Assembly (NCBI GenBank): GCA_037481815.1
Contig: JBBFKX010000001.1
Location: 160,001 to 224,000 of the forward strand
Source of the DNA: a candidate division WOR-3 bacterium
GTDB lineage: Bacteria; Hydrothermota; 32-111
DNA: 64,000 nt
Direction of reading: 5' to 3'
The translations under genes and the position numbers were made by a program. The notes under the pieces were generated by a model, which searched no databases, was not told the origin of the DNA, and saw only the letters and a list, made by a program, of their open reading frames with translations. Below are positions 1-8,357 of this stretch, piece after piece; the first letter of the stretch is position 1, and each line of letters starts with the position of its first letter.

Positions 1-1779
1 CATGGAATTCTTGTGTATAACCCTCCAACTCCGGTTGAAGTTGGAGATTCTATAAGTGTTACTGGACAGGTTGTAGAGTACAATGGAAAGACAGAGATTT
101 CAAATCCAACAACTCTGACCGTTCTTGCAAAGGGAAAAACGATCCCGGGCCCTGTGAAACTCAAAACAGGTGAAGCAGGAAAGGAAAAATGGGAAGGAAT
201 GTTTGTACAGTTAGATGACTGTTATGTGAGTCAGATAATAACAGCAAGAGAATGGCAAATCGATGATGGCACAGGTCCTTTAACCGTATATGAAGATCTA
301 AACTATCCTGTAACAATTGAATCTCTAAACGATACTTTCATTTTTGTTCGAGGATGTATGGATGAATACAATGGTAAATTTGAGTTGAGACCGTACGGAA
401 ACGATGATGTTTTAAAAACACTCGATGGAAGTGGAATTTTAAGTGTTAATCCGAAATTTTTTAACGATTCTTCATATAACGATATAAGGTTGGATCTTAT
501 TCCTAATGTTGACACAATCTACGGAACGATAAAATATCTGAAAATTGTTTTAAACAAAAAGGTTGTTACAGATTCTATAAAACTTGTTTGTGATTCATCT
601 TTAATTTCTTTTGATTCAACAAAAATAACTTACGATACAACTTCAAATACAACAACGATTAACATCAGCGATATTACTTTTAAAGATACTATCAAGGTAT
701 ATGTCAAAGATTATTATTTCACAAATGCTGATACGGTAAAGATGTATACAGGTGTTTCTCAAACACAATTACTTCCCGTATCATCCTTTTTTGTTATGAA
801 GAAAATCCCCTTTGCTGATGTTATGAAGATTTCTGATGTTCAGTCAACAAACGATGGATACAACTCAAAATATACTGGACAGGTTGTTTCAGTAAAAGGA
901 ATCGTAACTGGATCTTCAAATATTTTTTCACCAACAGCCACTTCAACAGGTTTTTATATACAGGATCAAACTGGTGGTGTTAACATATATTCGTCTTCAG
1001 ATCCAGCAAATCAAAAATTTAAAGAGGGGATAGAGATAATCGTCAGAGGAACCGTTACGGAATACAATGGATTGACTGAAATCAAATATTCTTCTCCAGA
1101 TACTGATGTTTACATTATAAATGATACTCTAGCCATCGTTGAACCTGAAGAACTTTTGAATTCACAGGGGATTTCTGAAAATGTTGAAGGAAAACTTTTG
1201 AAGGTCAGATATGGAAAAATTTTAACATATCCTGTTGACGCAGGAACTGGAAAGAATTTCCAGGTTCAAAATGGATTTTCGGTTATAGATGTGAGAATCG
1301 GGCAATCAACGGGTCTTTATCTTGATAATATTATGAATTCGATAGTCCCGGGTAATATACTGGATGTCACAGGAATAGCAGGGCAGTATGACAACCAATC
1401 TCCTTATACTTCAGGTTATCAACTTCTTGTTCGAAAAAGGTCAGATATAAACATTTTAAGTTTACCTGAAGATTCTACCTTTACGGTCTCACTATTTCCT
1501 AATCCTTTCTCTCCAGATTATGGACAGGTGTTGAGAATCGATTTAAAAGGTTTGAACAGTGAAAGATTCACACTGAAAATATATGATATAAATGGAAAGC
1601 ATATAAAAACTATCGCTGAAAACCAGCCTGGTTCGAATATATATCTATGGGATGGAAAAGACAAAAATGGAGCAAAATGTAACATAGGGATATATATACT
1701 CAATGTGTCTAAAATCGATTCGAATGGTTATATTACAAGTATCACAAAACCAGTTGTTATTTCAACAAAATTAAAATAG
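1..1779 (+). CDS. 5'-truncated secreted protein with repeated OB-fold (nucleic-acid-binding type) domains and a C-terminal FlgD-Ig/T9SS-type sorting domain
   Basis: Frame is open from position 1 (HGILVYN...). Repeated OB-fold signatures (VTGQVVEYNGKTEI; GFYIQDQTGGVNIY...VRGTVTEYNGLTEI; DVTGIAGQY). C-terminus FPNPFSPD...LKIYDINGKHIKTI...WDGKDKNG...GIYIL is typical of T9SS/FlgD-Ig CTDs. Confidence 0.7.
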   Translation, partial: HGILVYNPPTPVEVGDSISVTGQVVEYNGKTEISNPTTLTVLAKGKTIPGPVKLKTGEAGKEKWEGMFVQLDDCYVSQIITAREWQIDDGTGPLTVYEDLNYPVTIESLNDTFIFVRGCMDEYNGKFELRPYGNDDVLKTLDGSGILSVNPKFFNDSSYNDIRLDLIPNVDTIYGTIKYLKIVLNKKVVTDSIKLVCDSSLISFDSTKITYDTTSNTTTINISDITFKDTIKVYVKDYYFTNADTVKMYTGVSQTQLLPVSSFFVMKKIPFADVMKISDVQSTNDGYNSKYTGQVVSVKGIVTGSSNIFSPTATSTGFYIQDQTGGVNIYSSSDPANQKFKEGIEIIVRGTVTEYNGLTEIKYSSPDTDVYIINDTLAIVEPEELLNSQGISENVEGKLLKVRYGKILTYPVDAGTGKNFQVQNGFSVIDVRIGQSTGLYLDNIMNSIVPGNILDVTGIAGQYDNQSPYTSGYQLLVRKRSDINILSLPEDSTFTVSLFPNPFSPDYGQVLRIDLKGLNSERFTLKIYDINGKHIKTIAENQPGSNIYLWDGKDKNGAKCNIGIYILNVSKIDSNGYITSITKPVVISTKLK

Positions 1780-1791
1780 TTGAGGTAAAAA

Positions 1792-2670
1792 ATGAAGAAG
1801 ATAGTTTTAATTTTCATTATATCTTTTTTACTTTTCCTGAATTCTTTTGCTGTGTTTGATTACACCCCTGGAAATGTTCAATCAAAAAGTATGGCTTTTG
1901 CTACAACCGGAATGCTTGCAGGGATAGATAATATAACAGTTAACCCCGCATCGATTGTGGGTCTTGATAATTATCAGGTTTCGGTTTCATATGAAAACCT
2001 TTATAGGTTCATACACACAGCATCAATCTCTGGTGGTTACTATTCAAACTATGGTAATCTTGGATTAAAATATTCTGAACTTTTTGTTTTGGGAGATTAT
2101 TCAAATATGGATTCTATCATTTCTACAAACACAAGATTACAGACCGAACGAGTTGTTCAGTTAACTTATGGTTTAGATTTCAACGATATTGTAATGGTTG
2201 GAACAAATATTAACTTTCTTTTTGTTGACCAAAAGATGGAAGGAATCGATGACAACAACAACATATATTATACCGCTGATTTGGGTATAATAGGAAGGGT
2301 CTACGATAGGTGGTTTGTTGGTTTATCTGTTTCTAATCTAACCGATACATATATTGTTGGTTCTTTGAGTAATGAAAGGTACTATATATCAAGAAAGGTC
2401 TCGGGTGGTTTAACCTTCAAACCCTATGAGAGTTTAACAACCAATTTCGATGTTTCAAAAATAAGTGGTGAACCAACATCGTTTGGATTTTCTTTCAAGT
2501 CGCAAATCGTGAAAAATGTTTTTACAATATTCTCAGGTGTAAGAAATTATCCAGCAACCCTTGGTCTTGGATTTGAATTGAAGATTAAAAATATATCACT
2601 TGATTATGGATACACAACCGTGATAAACCTTCCTTCAAGAAACCATATTCAGTTATCCTATTCGTTTTAG
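1792..2670 (+). CDS. Outer-membrane beta-barrel, PorV/PorQ- or PorP/SprF-like (T9SS shuttle/adaptor family)
   Basis: Signal peptide; N-terminal GNVQSKSMA...NPASI resembling the GxRxxxMG...NPA motif; amphipathic beta strands; C-terminal HIQLSYSF. Confidence 0.6.
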   Translation: MKKIVLIFIISFLLFLNSFAVFDYTPGNVQSKSMAFATTGMLAGIDNITVNPASIVGLDNYQVSVSYENLYRFIHTASISGGYYSNYGNLGLKYSELFVLGDYSNMDSIISTNTRLQTERVVQLTYGLDFNDIVMVGTNINFLFVDQKMEGIDDNNNIYYTADLGIIGRVYDRWFVGLSVSNLTDTYIVGSLSNERYYISRKVSGGLTFKPYESLTTNFDVSKISGEPTSFGFSFKSQIVKNVFTIFSGVRNYPATLGLGFELKIKNISLDYGYTTVINLPSRNHIQLSYSF

Positions 2671-2679
2671 GAGATCGTT

Positions 2680-5100
2680 ATGAAAAGGATATACATTTTT
2701 CTTTTGATACTCACAATTTTTTCAATAAGTTTTTCACAGGAGAAAATCGATATAAACAATTCTGATTTAAGTGTACTCGACACACTTTTTTTACCTGATG
2801 AAGTCATAGAAAATATAAAATTGTATTTAAAAAAACATGGAGAGATAAAATCGATTTATGAACTTATTGAAATAGATGGTGTCGATTATGAAATATTTTC
2901 AATATTAAAGGATAAGTTTGAAATCAAACCTGATACAACTCTTGATTCAACTTCGATATACATTTTAAGGATGCAGGATAGATTGGCAAGCGAAGAGAAT
3001 CCATCAAGGGGCGCTATTGACCTATGGGAAAGGCTGCTCGTTGAAAAGATCAATATCAACAAAGCTGGATTTGAACAGATTTCACAGATATATGGAGTCA
3101 GATTGACTGATGTTGAAGCCATAATGCAGGGGAAAAAGACAAGGACTTACAGATATCCAAGCGATCTCAGACGAACACCGAATCTAACCTATTATGCTTA
3201 TTCAAATTTAAGGAACTATGTTTCCTTTAAAGATGAGAAGAAGAAATTTTTCGATCTTTCTGGATATATCAGGACAAAAGTTAGATATTCAAACGATGAC
3301 ACTTATGGTTACTCCTCTTTTTCCTCACTAGCAAACGAACTATCTTATAGATTAAAACAACTCGAGGTTATAAACCCTGATTCCTCTAATCTTAGAAATA
3401 CTCTTTTAAAAGCTGGTTATACTTCTGAGGAGGTCGATTCACTGAAAAGTAGAATCGAGAGAGAATATTCACAGGTAGTGAAAAGAAAAATAGGTGCAAA
3501 CCTTTACAACAAAGTGACATTCAATGTTGGTAACAACCTTTCTTTCGGAACGCTCTTTACAGATTATTCAATACTTGGACAAAAAGGTTTCAAAGGTTAT
3601 GTTCAGATAAGGGATATCCCATTCATAAAAAATCTAATATTTGGAAATTATCGAGTGACTTTAAATGAAGGATTGATTTTTGATAACACCGATGAAAAAA
3701 GTTCAAGAATTTATGATAGAAGTTCTGGACTTTTTGTCGATGTAAACGAATCTTTTGCAAACAATCTTTTGGGAGTTGCTGTTGAAGGCAATCTCAGCAG
3801 ATTGTATTATCTTTTATTTGTTTCAGATAAGAAAAGAGATGGTGTTTTAAACAGAGATTCAACTGTAAACCTTCCATTTTTAACGAAAACTTACATCGAT
3901 GAATTCACAGATGTTTACAGGGAAAAAACTTTTGGAGGAAAGGTTGCTTTCAATATTGGAGGGATTTTCAATCTCCCACTTGTTACACAGATAGGTGTTT
4001 CGGGTTTCAATTCGATCTTCGATAGGAATTTCGTTCAGGATAGTTTGACTCTCGATATTCCATTCGATAAAGATAACCTTAATATTCCTGTGTACACAAA
4101 AGAATTTTCAGGTGATCGGATGAATGTTTATGGGTTGAATTTTCAGACAGCATACAAAAATATTTTCCTACAGTGTGAAGTTGCAAAACAGGAAAAGAGT
4201 TATGCTTATGTTTTGAAAAGTGGCGTTGTTTACAATGACTTTTATTTTGTTGGACTTTTGAGAAGATATGATCTTGGATATACAAATTTCTATTCAAGAC
4301 CTTTCTATGAACAATCGAGGTATGATGATACAGAATTTGAAAAAACTTACAGATTGATAGACCCACTGTTCACATTCATACTCGATGATCCAAGGCCAAA
4401 ACCTGAAGAGGGAATATACCTTGAAACAAGATATCGAATCCTTTCGAACCTGACATTGAACTACACATATCTTGATATATGGAGAACCCTCGACTACAAC
4501 CTACTCAATTACAGATTTCAAACTGAACTTGAATTAAGGCCTGTTTATCCTTTGAGAATCAGGTTGAAACATAAGATTCAGGAAAAAAATATCTATAAAA
4601 GTATAGTTTCAACAAATTCTCTTACTAATGAAACAACCTTAAGAATATTCACAGTTCTTGATAACAGTGATTATCTGAATTTTGAAGCAAGGTATGGAAT
4701 GGTAAAACTCACAACAGGTGGTAACCTCGAAAACAATTTTATCGATGGCTCTTTTGTCAATGTTTCATATGAGAAAAAGTTTACCGATTTTCTATCTTTA
4801 CTTGGGGGGGTTGCTACATGGAATACTGATGGAATGAGTCAGTGGATCCTTGAGGATAATGGAATTGATTTTCTCTATGGAAAAGGGAACAAGATGTATT
4901 TAACTTTTGTTGATCGAATATCAGATATCCTTTCGATGAGGATGAAGTTGTCTTTGAAGAATCAGGAAACAACATTTTCAGGTATATCACTTTATAACAA
5001 CAAGTATCGTTACATTGATTCTGATTTTCAGGTAATTTCAGATTTTAACGATTATAAAAATCTTTTAGGTTTATCCTGTCAGATAGATATCAGATGGTAG
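2680..5100 (+). CDS. ComEA-like helix-hairpin-helix DNA-binding protein fused to a predicted outer-membrane beta-barrel
   Basis: Signal peptide; two HhH repeats (KIDINNSD...GEIKSIYELIEIDGVD; KININKAGFEQISQIYGV); long beta-rich C-terminal part ending in aromatic residue (DIRW). Confidence 0.75.
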   Translation: MKRIYIFLLILTIFSISFSQEKIDINNSDLSVLDTLFLPDEVIENIKLYLKKHGEIKSIYELIEIDGVDYEIFSILKDKFEIKPDTTLDSTSIYILRMQDRLASEENPSRGAIDLWERLLVEKININKAGFEQISQIYGVRLTDVEAIMQGKKTRTYRYPSDLRRTPNLTYYAYSNLRNYVSFKDEKKKFFDLSGYIRTKVRYSNDDTYGYSSFSSLANELSYRLKQLEVINPDSSNLRNTLLKAGYTSEEVDSLKSRIEREYSQVVKRKIGANLYNKVTFNVGNNLSFGTLFTDYSILGQKGFKGYVQIRDIPFIKNLIFGNYRVTLNEGLIFDNTDEKSSRIYDRSSGLFVDVNESFANNLLGVAVEGNLSRLYYLLFVSDKKRDGVLNRDSTVNLPFLTKTYIDEFTDVYREKTFGGKVAFNIGGIFNLPLVTQIGVSGFNSIFDRNFVQDSLTLDIPFDKDNLNIPVYTKEFSGDRMNVYGLNFQTAYKNIFLQCEVAKQEKSYAYVLKSGVVYNDFYFVGLLRRYDLGYTNFYSRPFYEQSRYDDTEFEKTYRLIDPLFTFILDDPRPKPEEGIYLETRYRILSNLTLNYTYLDIWRTLDYNLLNYRFQTELELRPVYPLRIRLKHKIQEKNIYKSIVSTNSLTNETTLRIFTVLDNSDYLNFEARYGMVKLTTGGNLENNFIDGSFVNVSYEKKFTDFLSLLGGVATWNTDGMSQWILEDNGIDFLYGKGNKMYLTFVDRISDILSMRMKLSLKNQETTFSGISLYNNKYRYIDSDFQVISDFNDYKNLLGLSCQIDIRW

Positions 5101-5108
5101 GAGGAAAA

Positions 5109-6269
5109 ATGAAGAAGTTTTTTTATATTATTCTTATGAGTTTTTTCTGTGTTAATCTTTTTTCATATGTCTCTTTATACAATACTGGACTTGGAGATTT
5201 TAACACATCACTTTTCAGTAAAGGTGCAGCTCTTGGAAACAACGATTTTTTCTTCAATCCGCTATTGAATCCAACGGTGGAATGTAAAACCACAAACTAT
5301 TTGGTTTCAATCGGTTTTTATGGATTATCAACAAGGGAAACAAGATCAAAGTATATTTTTGATTCATACGAAAACAGTATCGCAAAAAAGAATGTTTACG
5401 ATAACACTTTTCTTTATGGTGAACCCGCTTACATTATGGGATATATGCCTTTATCAGATTTTGGTCTCTATTTAGGTTATGAAAATTACATAAACAACGA
5501 TTATACATACAGACAGATATACAGAAACGATAACTATGTTATACTTTACGATGAAAGTTATGTCAGAATTGGAAATGTGAACGCATACTTTCTGAGTTTG
5601 AATTACAGATTTTATGGATTCGCCATGGGAACAAATTTTTCAATAATGCAGGGAGATGGTTCATCCGATTACTCAAAACTTTTTGTAGATCCTTCTTTTA
5701 TTGATTCAACATCATCAACAAAAGAGAATTACTCTGGTATCAGAGGAAATATTGGAATTTCATACAATCATAAAGATAACTTCATCTTAACTTTTGTTTA
5801 CAACATCAGAACATACCTGACAGTCAACAGGGTGACCGATATCATCGCTTCCGATACGAACCTTTTGACTGAAACCGTCTACTATATAATCCCTGATATA
5901 TTCTCTTTTGGTCTGGAATACAGAGCAAAAAATGTTGCGCCGGCTACTTTCTATTATTCTCTGAGTTATGAAAGATGGAGTGAACTTAACGGTGATTTTA
6001 ACGATTACAACGATCTGATCAAGTACAATATCGGTGTTTTACATGAACTCAACAAAAACATTGATCTTATGTATGGTTTTATGTATGAACCGTACAGAAA
6101 GGATAACAGGCTGGTTGATATAGGTTTTGCAACCGGACTTACCTACAAATTGGGTATGACAGAGTTTTCTGTCGCTGTTAACTATAAGAATATCAACTAT
6201 GAAAGAGAAGAAGTTTATTATAACGATAGAGTTTTGAAATTCGTTGGTGATGTTTCAATCAAATTTTAG
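5109..6269 (+). CDS. Outer-membrane beta-barrel (FadL/PorV-like fold)
   Basis: GGAGG SD before ATG 5109; signal peptide; GLGD...ALG...NP N-terminal motif; Tyr/Phe-rich alternating strands; terminal F. Confidence 0.55.
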   Translation: MKKFFYIILMSFFCVNLFSYVSLYNTGLGDFNTSLFSKGAALGNNDFFFNPLLNPTVECKTTNYLVSIGFYGLSTRETRSKYIFDSYENSIAKKNVYDNTFLYGEPAYIMGYMPLSDFGLYLGYENYINNDYTYRQIYRNDNYVILYDESYVRIGNVNAYFLSLNYRFYGFAMGTNFSIMQGDGSSDYSKLFVDPSFIDSTSSTKENYSGIRGNIGISYNHKDNFILTFVYNIRTYLTVNRVTDIIASDTNLLTETVYYIIPDIFSFGLEYRAKNVAPATFYYSLSYERWSELNGDFNDYNDLIKYNIGVLHELNKNIDLMYGFMYEPYRKDNRLVDIGFATGLTYKLGMTEFSVAVNYKNINYEREEVYYNDRVLKFVGDVSIKF

Positions 6270-6276
6270 GAGAATT

Positions 6277-6852
6277 ATGAAAAAGATAATTTTTATTTTA
6301 TTACCTTTCATGATCTATTTAACAATCTTTTCACAGGAAGAGTTGAAACTTTTCCCTGTTGAAGGTGTGTTACCTATGAATGATAGGGACTATACAAAAA
6401 CTCTTGTAAAACTTTTTGACAGTTCAAAAAAAACAATACATGCTGTTATCTATCAGGTAGGTTACTATCCGGATTATCCTGAAGGTGAACCAACCGATAT
6501 CCAGAATGCTTTGATAAATGCAGTCAAAAGAGGTGTTAAGGTTGTGATAATCGTGGATCAATCCTCCTGGAATCCTTCTCTGTCAGTTAAAAATGATGAG
6601 TATTTAAAATATATGAGACAGTTTGGAATTGAAGTATACTTTGATATGCCCGATATAACAACACATGCAAAATTCGTTGTTGTAGATTCAACCATAACTG
6701 TAATCGGATCCACAAACTGGAGTTTTTATGCGCTTGCAAAAAACAATGAATGTGCGGTTGCTGTGAAATCAAAGGATATATCTTTAAAATATGAAGATTT
6801 TTTTGAAAAACTTTATCAGTTCAAATCTGATAGTTTAACGATAACACCTTAG
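6277..6852 (+). CDS. Exported single-HKD phospholipase D family protein (Nuc endonuclease-like)
   Basis: Signal peptide; HAKFVVVD (HxKxxxxD) + GSTNWS + NNE; AVKRGVKV motif; AGGAG SD. Confidence 0.8.
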   Translation: MKKIIFILLPFMIYLTIFSQEELKLFPVEGVLPMNDRDYTKTLVKLFDSSKKTIHAVIYQVGYYPDYPEGEPTDIQNALINAVKRGVKVVIIVDQSSWNPSLSVKNDEYLKYMRQFGIEVYFDMPDITTHAKFVVVDSTITVIGSTNWSFYALAKNNECAVAVKSKDISLKYEDFFEKLYQFKSDSLTITP

Positions 6853-6860
6853 GAGTTCAT

Positions 6861-7427
6861 ATGAAGAAGTTAATATTTTTCTTATCGATATTCTCTTTTT
6901 ACCTGTTATTCTCTGATAGTTTAAATTTTCTCCCAGCAGAGGGTGCAATGACAATGAACAACAGGGAATATTCAAAAAATTTGTTAAAACTGATAAAAAG
7001 TTCAAAAAAGACGATTCATATAATGATGCTTGAAGGCGGTTATTATCCTGAAAGAAAGGAAGGTGTGAACCAGAAGATTTATGAATCTTTGTTTGATGCG
7101 GTTAAAAGGGGTGTTGATGTTAAGATTGTTCTTGATCAGTCAGGTTTCAATCCGAATCAGAGTATAAGGAACAAAGATCTTGGGGACTTCTTAAAAAGTG
7201 GTGGTGTAAAGGTTTTTTATGATGATCCTGAAGTGACACTACATACAAAAGCGATGGTAATAGATTCCATTTTTGTTATAGTTGGTTCAACAAACTGGAG
7301 TTATCATGCACTTGATAAAAACAATGAGGCATCAATCCTGATAAAATCGGATACACTGGCTCATATATATGAAAATTATTTTTCTAAAATACTTGAAAAT
7401 TCATCTGATAAAATAACAGTTTTTTAA
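6861..7427 (+). CDS. Second exported single-HKD phospholipase D family protein (Nuc-like), paralogue of upstream gene
   Basis: Signal peptide; HTKAMVID + GSTNWS + NNE; AVKRGVDV motif. Confidence 0.8.
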   Translation: MKKLIFFLSIFSFYLLFSDSLNFLPAEGAMTMNNREYSKNLLKLIKSSKKTIHIMMLEGGYYPERKEGVNQKIYESLFDAVKRGVDVKIVLDQSGFNPNQSIRNKDLGDFLKSGGVKVFYDDPEVTLHTKAMVIDSIFVIVGSTNWSYHALDKNNEASILIKSDTLAHIYENYFSKILENSSDKITVF

Positions 7428-7436
7428 GAGGTAAAA

Positions 7437-8345
7437 ATGAAAAAAAATTGTTCCATTTTATTCATTTTTCTTTTCTTTTTATCAATTTTTTCAAAAGATA
7501 TCGTAATAATACATACAAACGATATAAGAAATGTTCTTGAAAGAAGGGAAGCAACTTTTATAAACCCTGATTTTCCGCCAGTTCTTGGAGGAATCTATTC
7601 ACTATCGACAGCTATCAAATATGAAAGAGAAAAAGCTCTTAAAGAGGGGGCTATATTTCTTCTTTTTGATTCTGGCAATTTTGTTTTTAAAACTGTTGAT
7701 AACGATTCTGTCGATTTCATTAAACCTGCTTTGTATTTTAACCACATGGGTTATGATATCGTGAATCTTGGAATTGATGAGATAATAGCAGGTCCAGAGT
7801 TCTTTTTAAATTCTGTAAAATTATTTAATCCAAAACTTATCTCCTCAAATTTAAAGATTCTGAATTCAGATTTACAGCCTGAACGTTATGTGATAATCGA
7901 AAGAGAAGGGGTCAGAATCGGTGTATTCGGTTTATTATCTGAATATGCTTTATTGAATCTGGATGAAGATGTTGCTGAAAATTATATCATAAATAAAGAG
8001 ATCGATGTTGCAAAAGAGATGGTCGATATATTGAAAAAAAATAGATGTTCAATTATAATTGGTTTAACATCGGTTGGTCTTGAACATGACAGAATAATTG
8101 CAGAAAATGTGGAAGGTATAGATATTATTTTTGGTGGATTCGATGGAGTAGGTTTAAGGAATGCTATCGAAACACCAAAAAATCATACGATCATAATGAA
8201 AGGATACGGAGAGTTATCAAGTTTTGATAAGTTGATTTTGAAAGTTGATGATTTTGGAAGGATAATAGATTATCGATCCGAAGTTGTTACTCTTTTTGAA
8301 GAGAGATATCCAGAGGATAAAGAACTTGAAAAAATTTTAAAATAG
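7437..8345 (+). CDS. Exported 5'-nucleotidase (UshA-type) N-terminal metallophosphoesterase domain with degenerate active site
   Basis: IIHTNDI, LFDSGN, VNLGIDE, GVRIGVFGL, IDIIFGG motifs align with the UshA N-domain, but the His/Asp ligands are substituted. Confidence 0.7.
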   Translation: MKKNCSILFIFLFFLSIFSKDIVIIHTNDIRNVLERREATFINPDFPPVLGGIYSLSTAIKYEREKALKEGAIFLLFDSGNFVFKTVDNDSVDFIKPALYFNHMGYDIVNLGIDEIIAGPEFFLNSVKLFNPKLISSNLKILNSDLQPERYVIIEREGVRIGVFGLLSEYALLNLDEDVAENYIINKEIDVAKEMVDILKKNRCSIIIGLTSVGLEHDRIIAENVEGIDIIFGGFDGVGLRNAIETPKNHTIIMKGYGELSSFDKLILKVDDFGRIIDYRSEVVTLFEERYPEDKELEKILK

Positions 8346-8357
8346 AGTGGAGGTTTT

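Noticed and set aside
6277..7427. PLD pair as an anti-phage defence system
   Set aside because: Both have signal peptides and lie among envelope genes; no helicase, methylase or other defence partners nearby.
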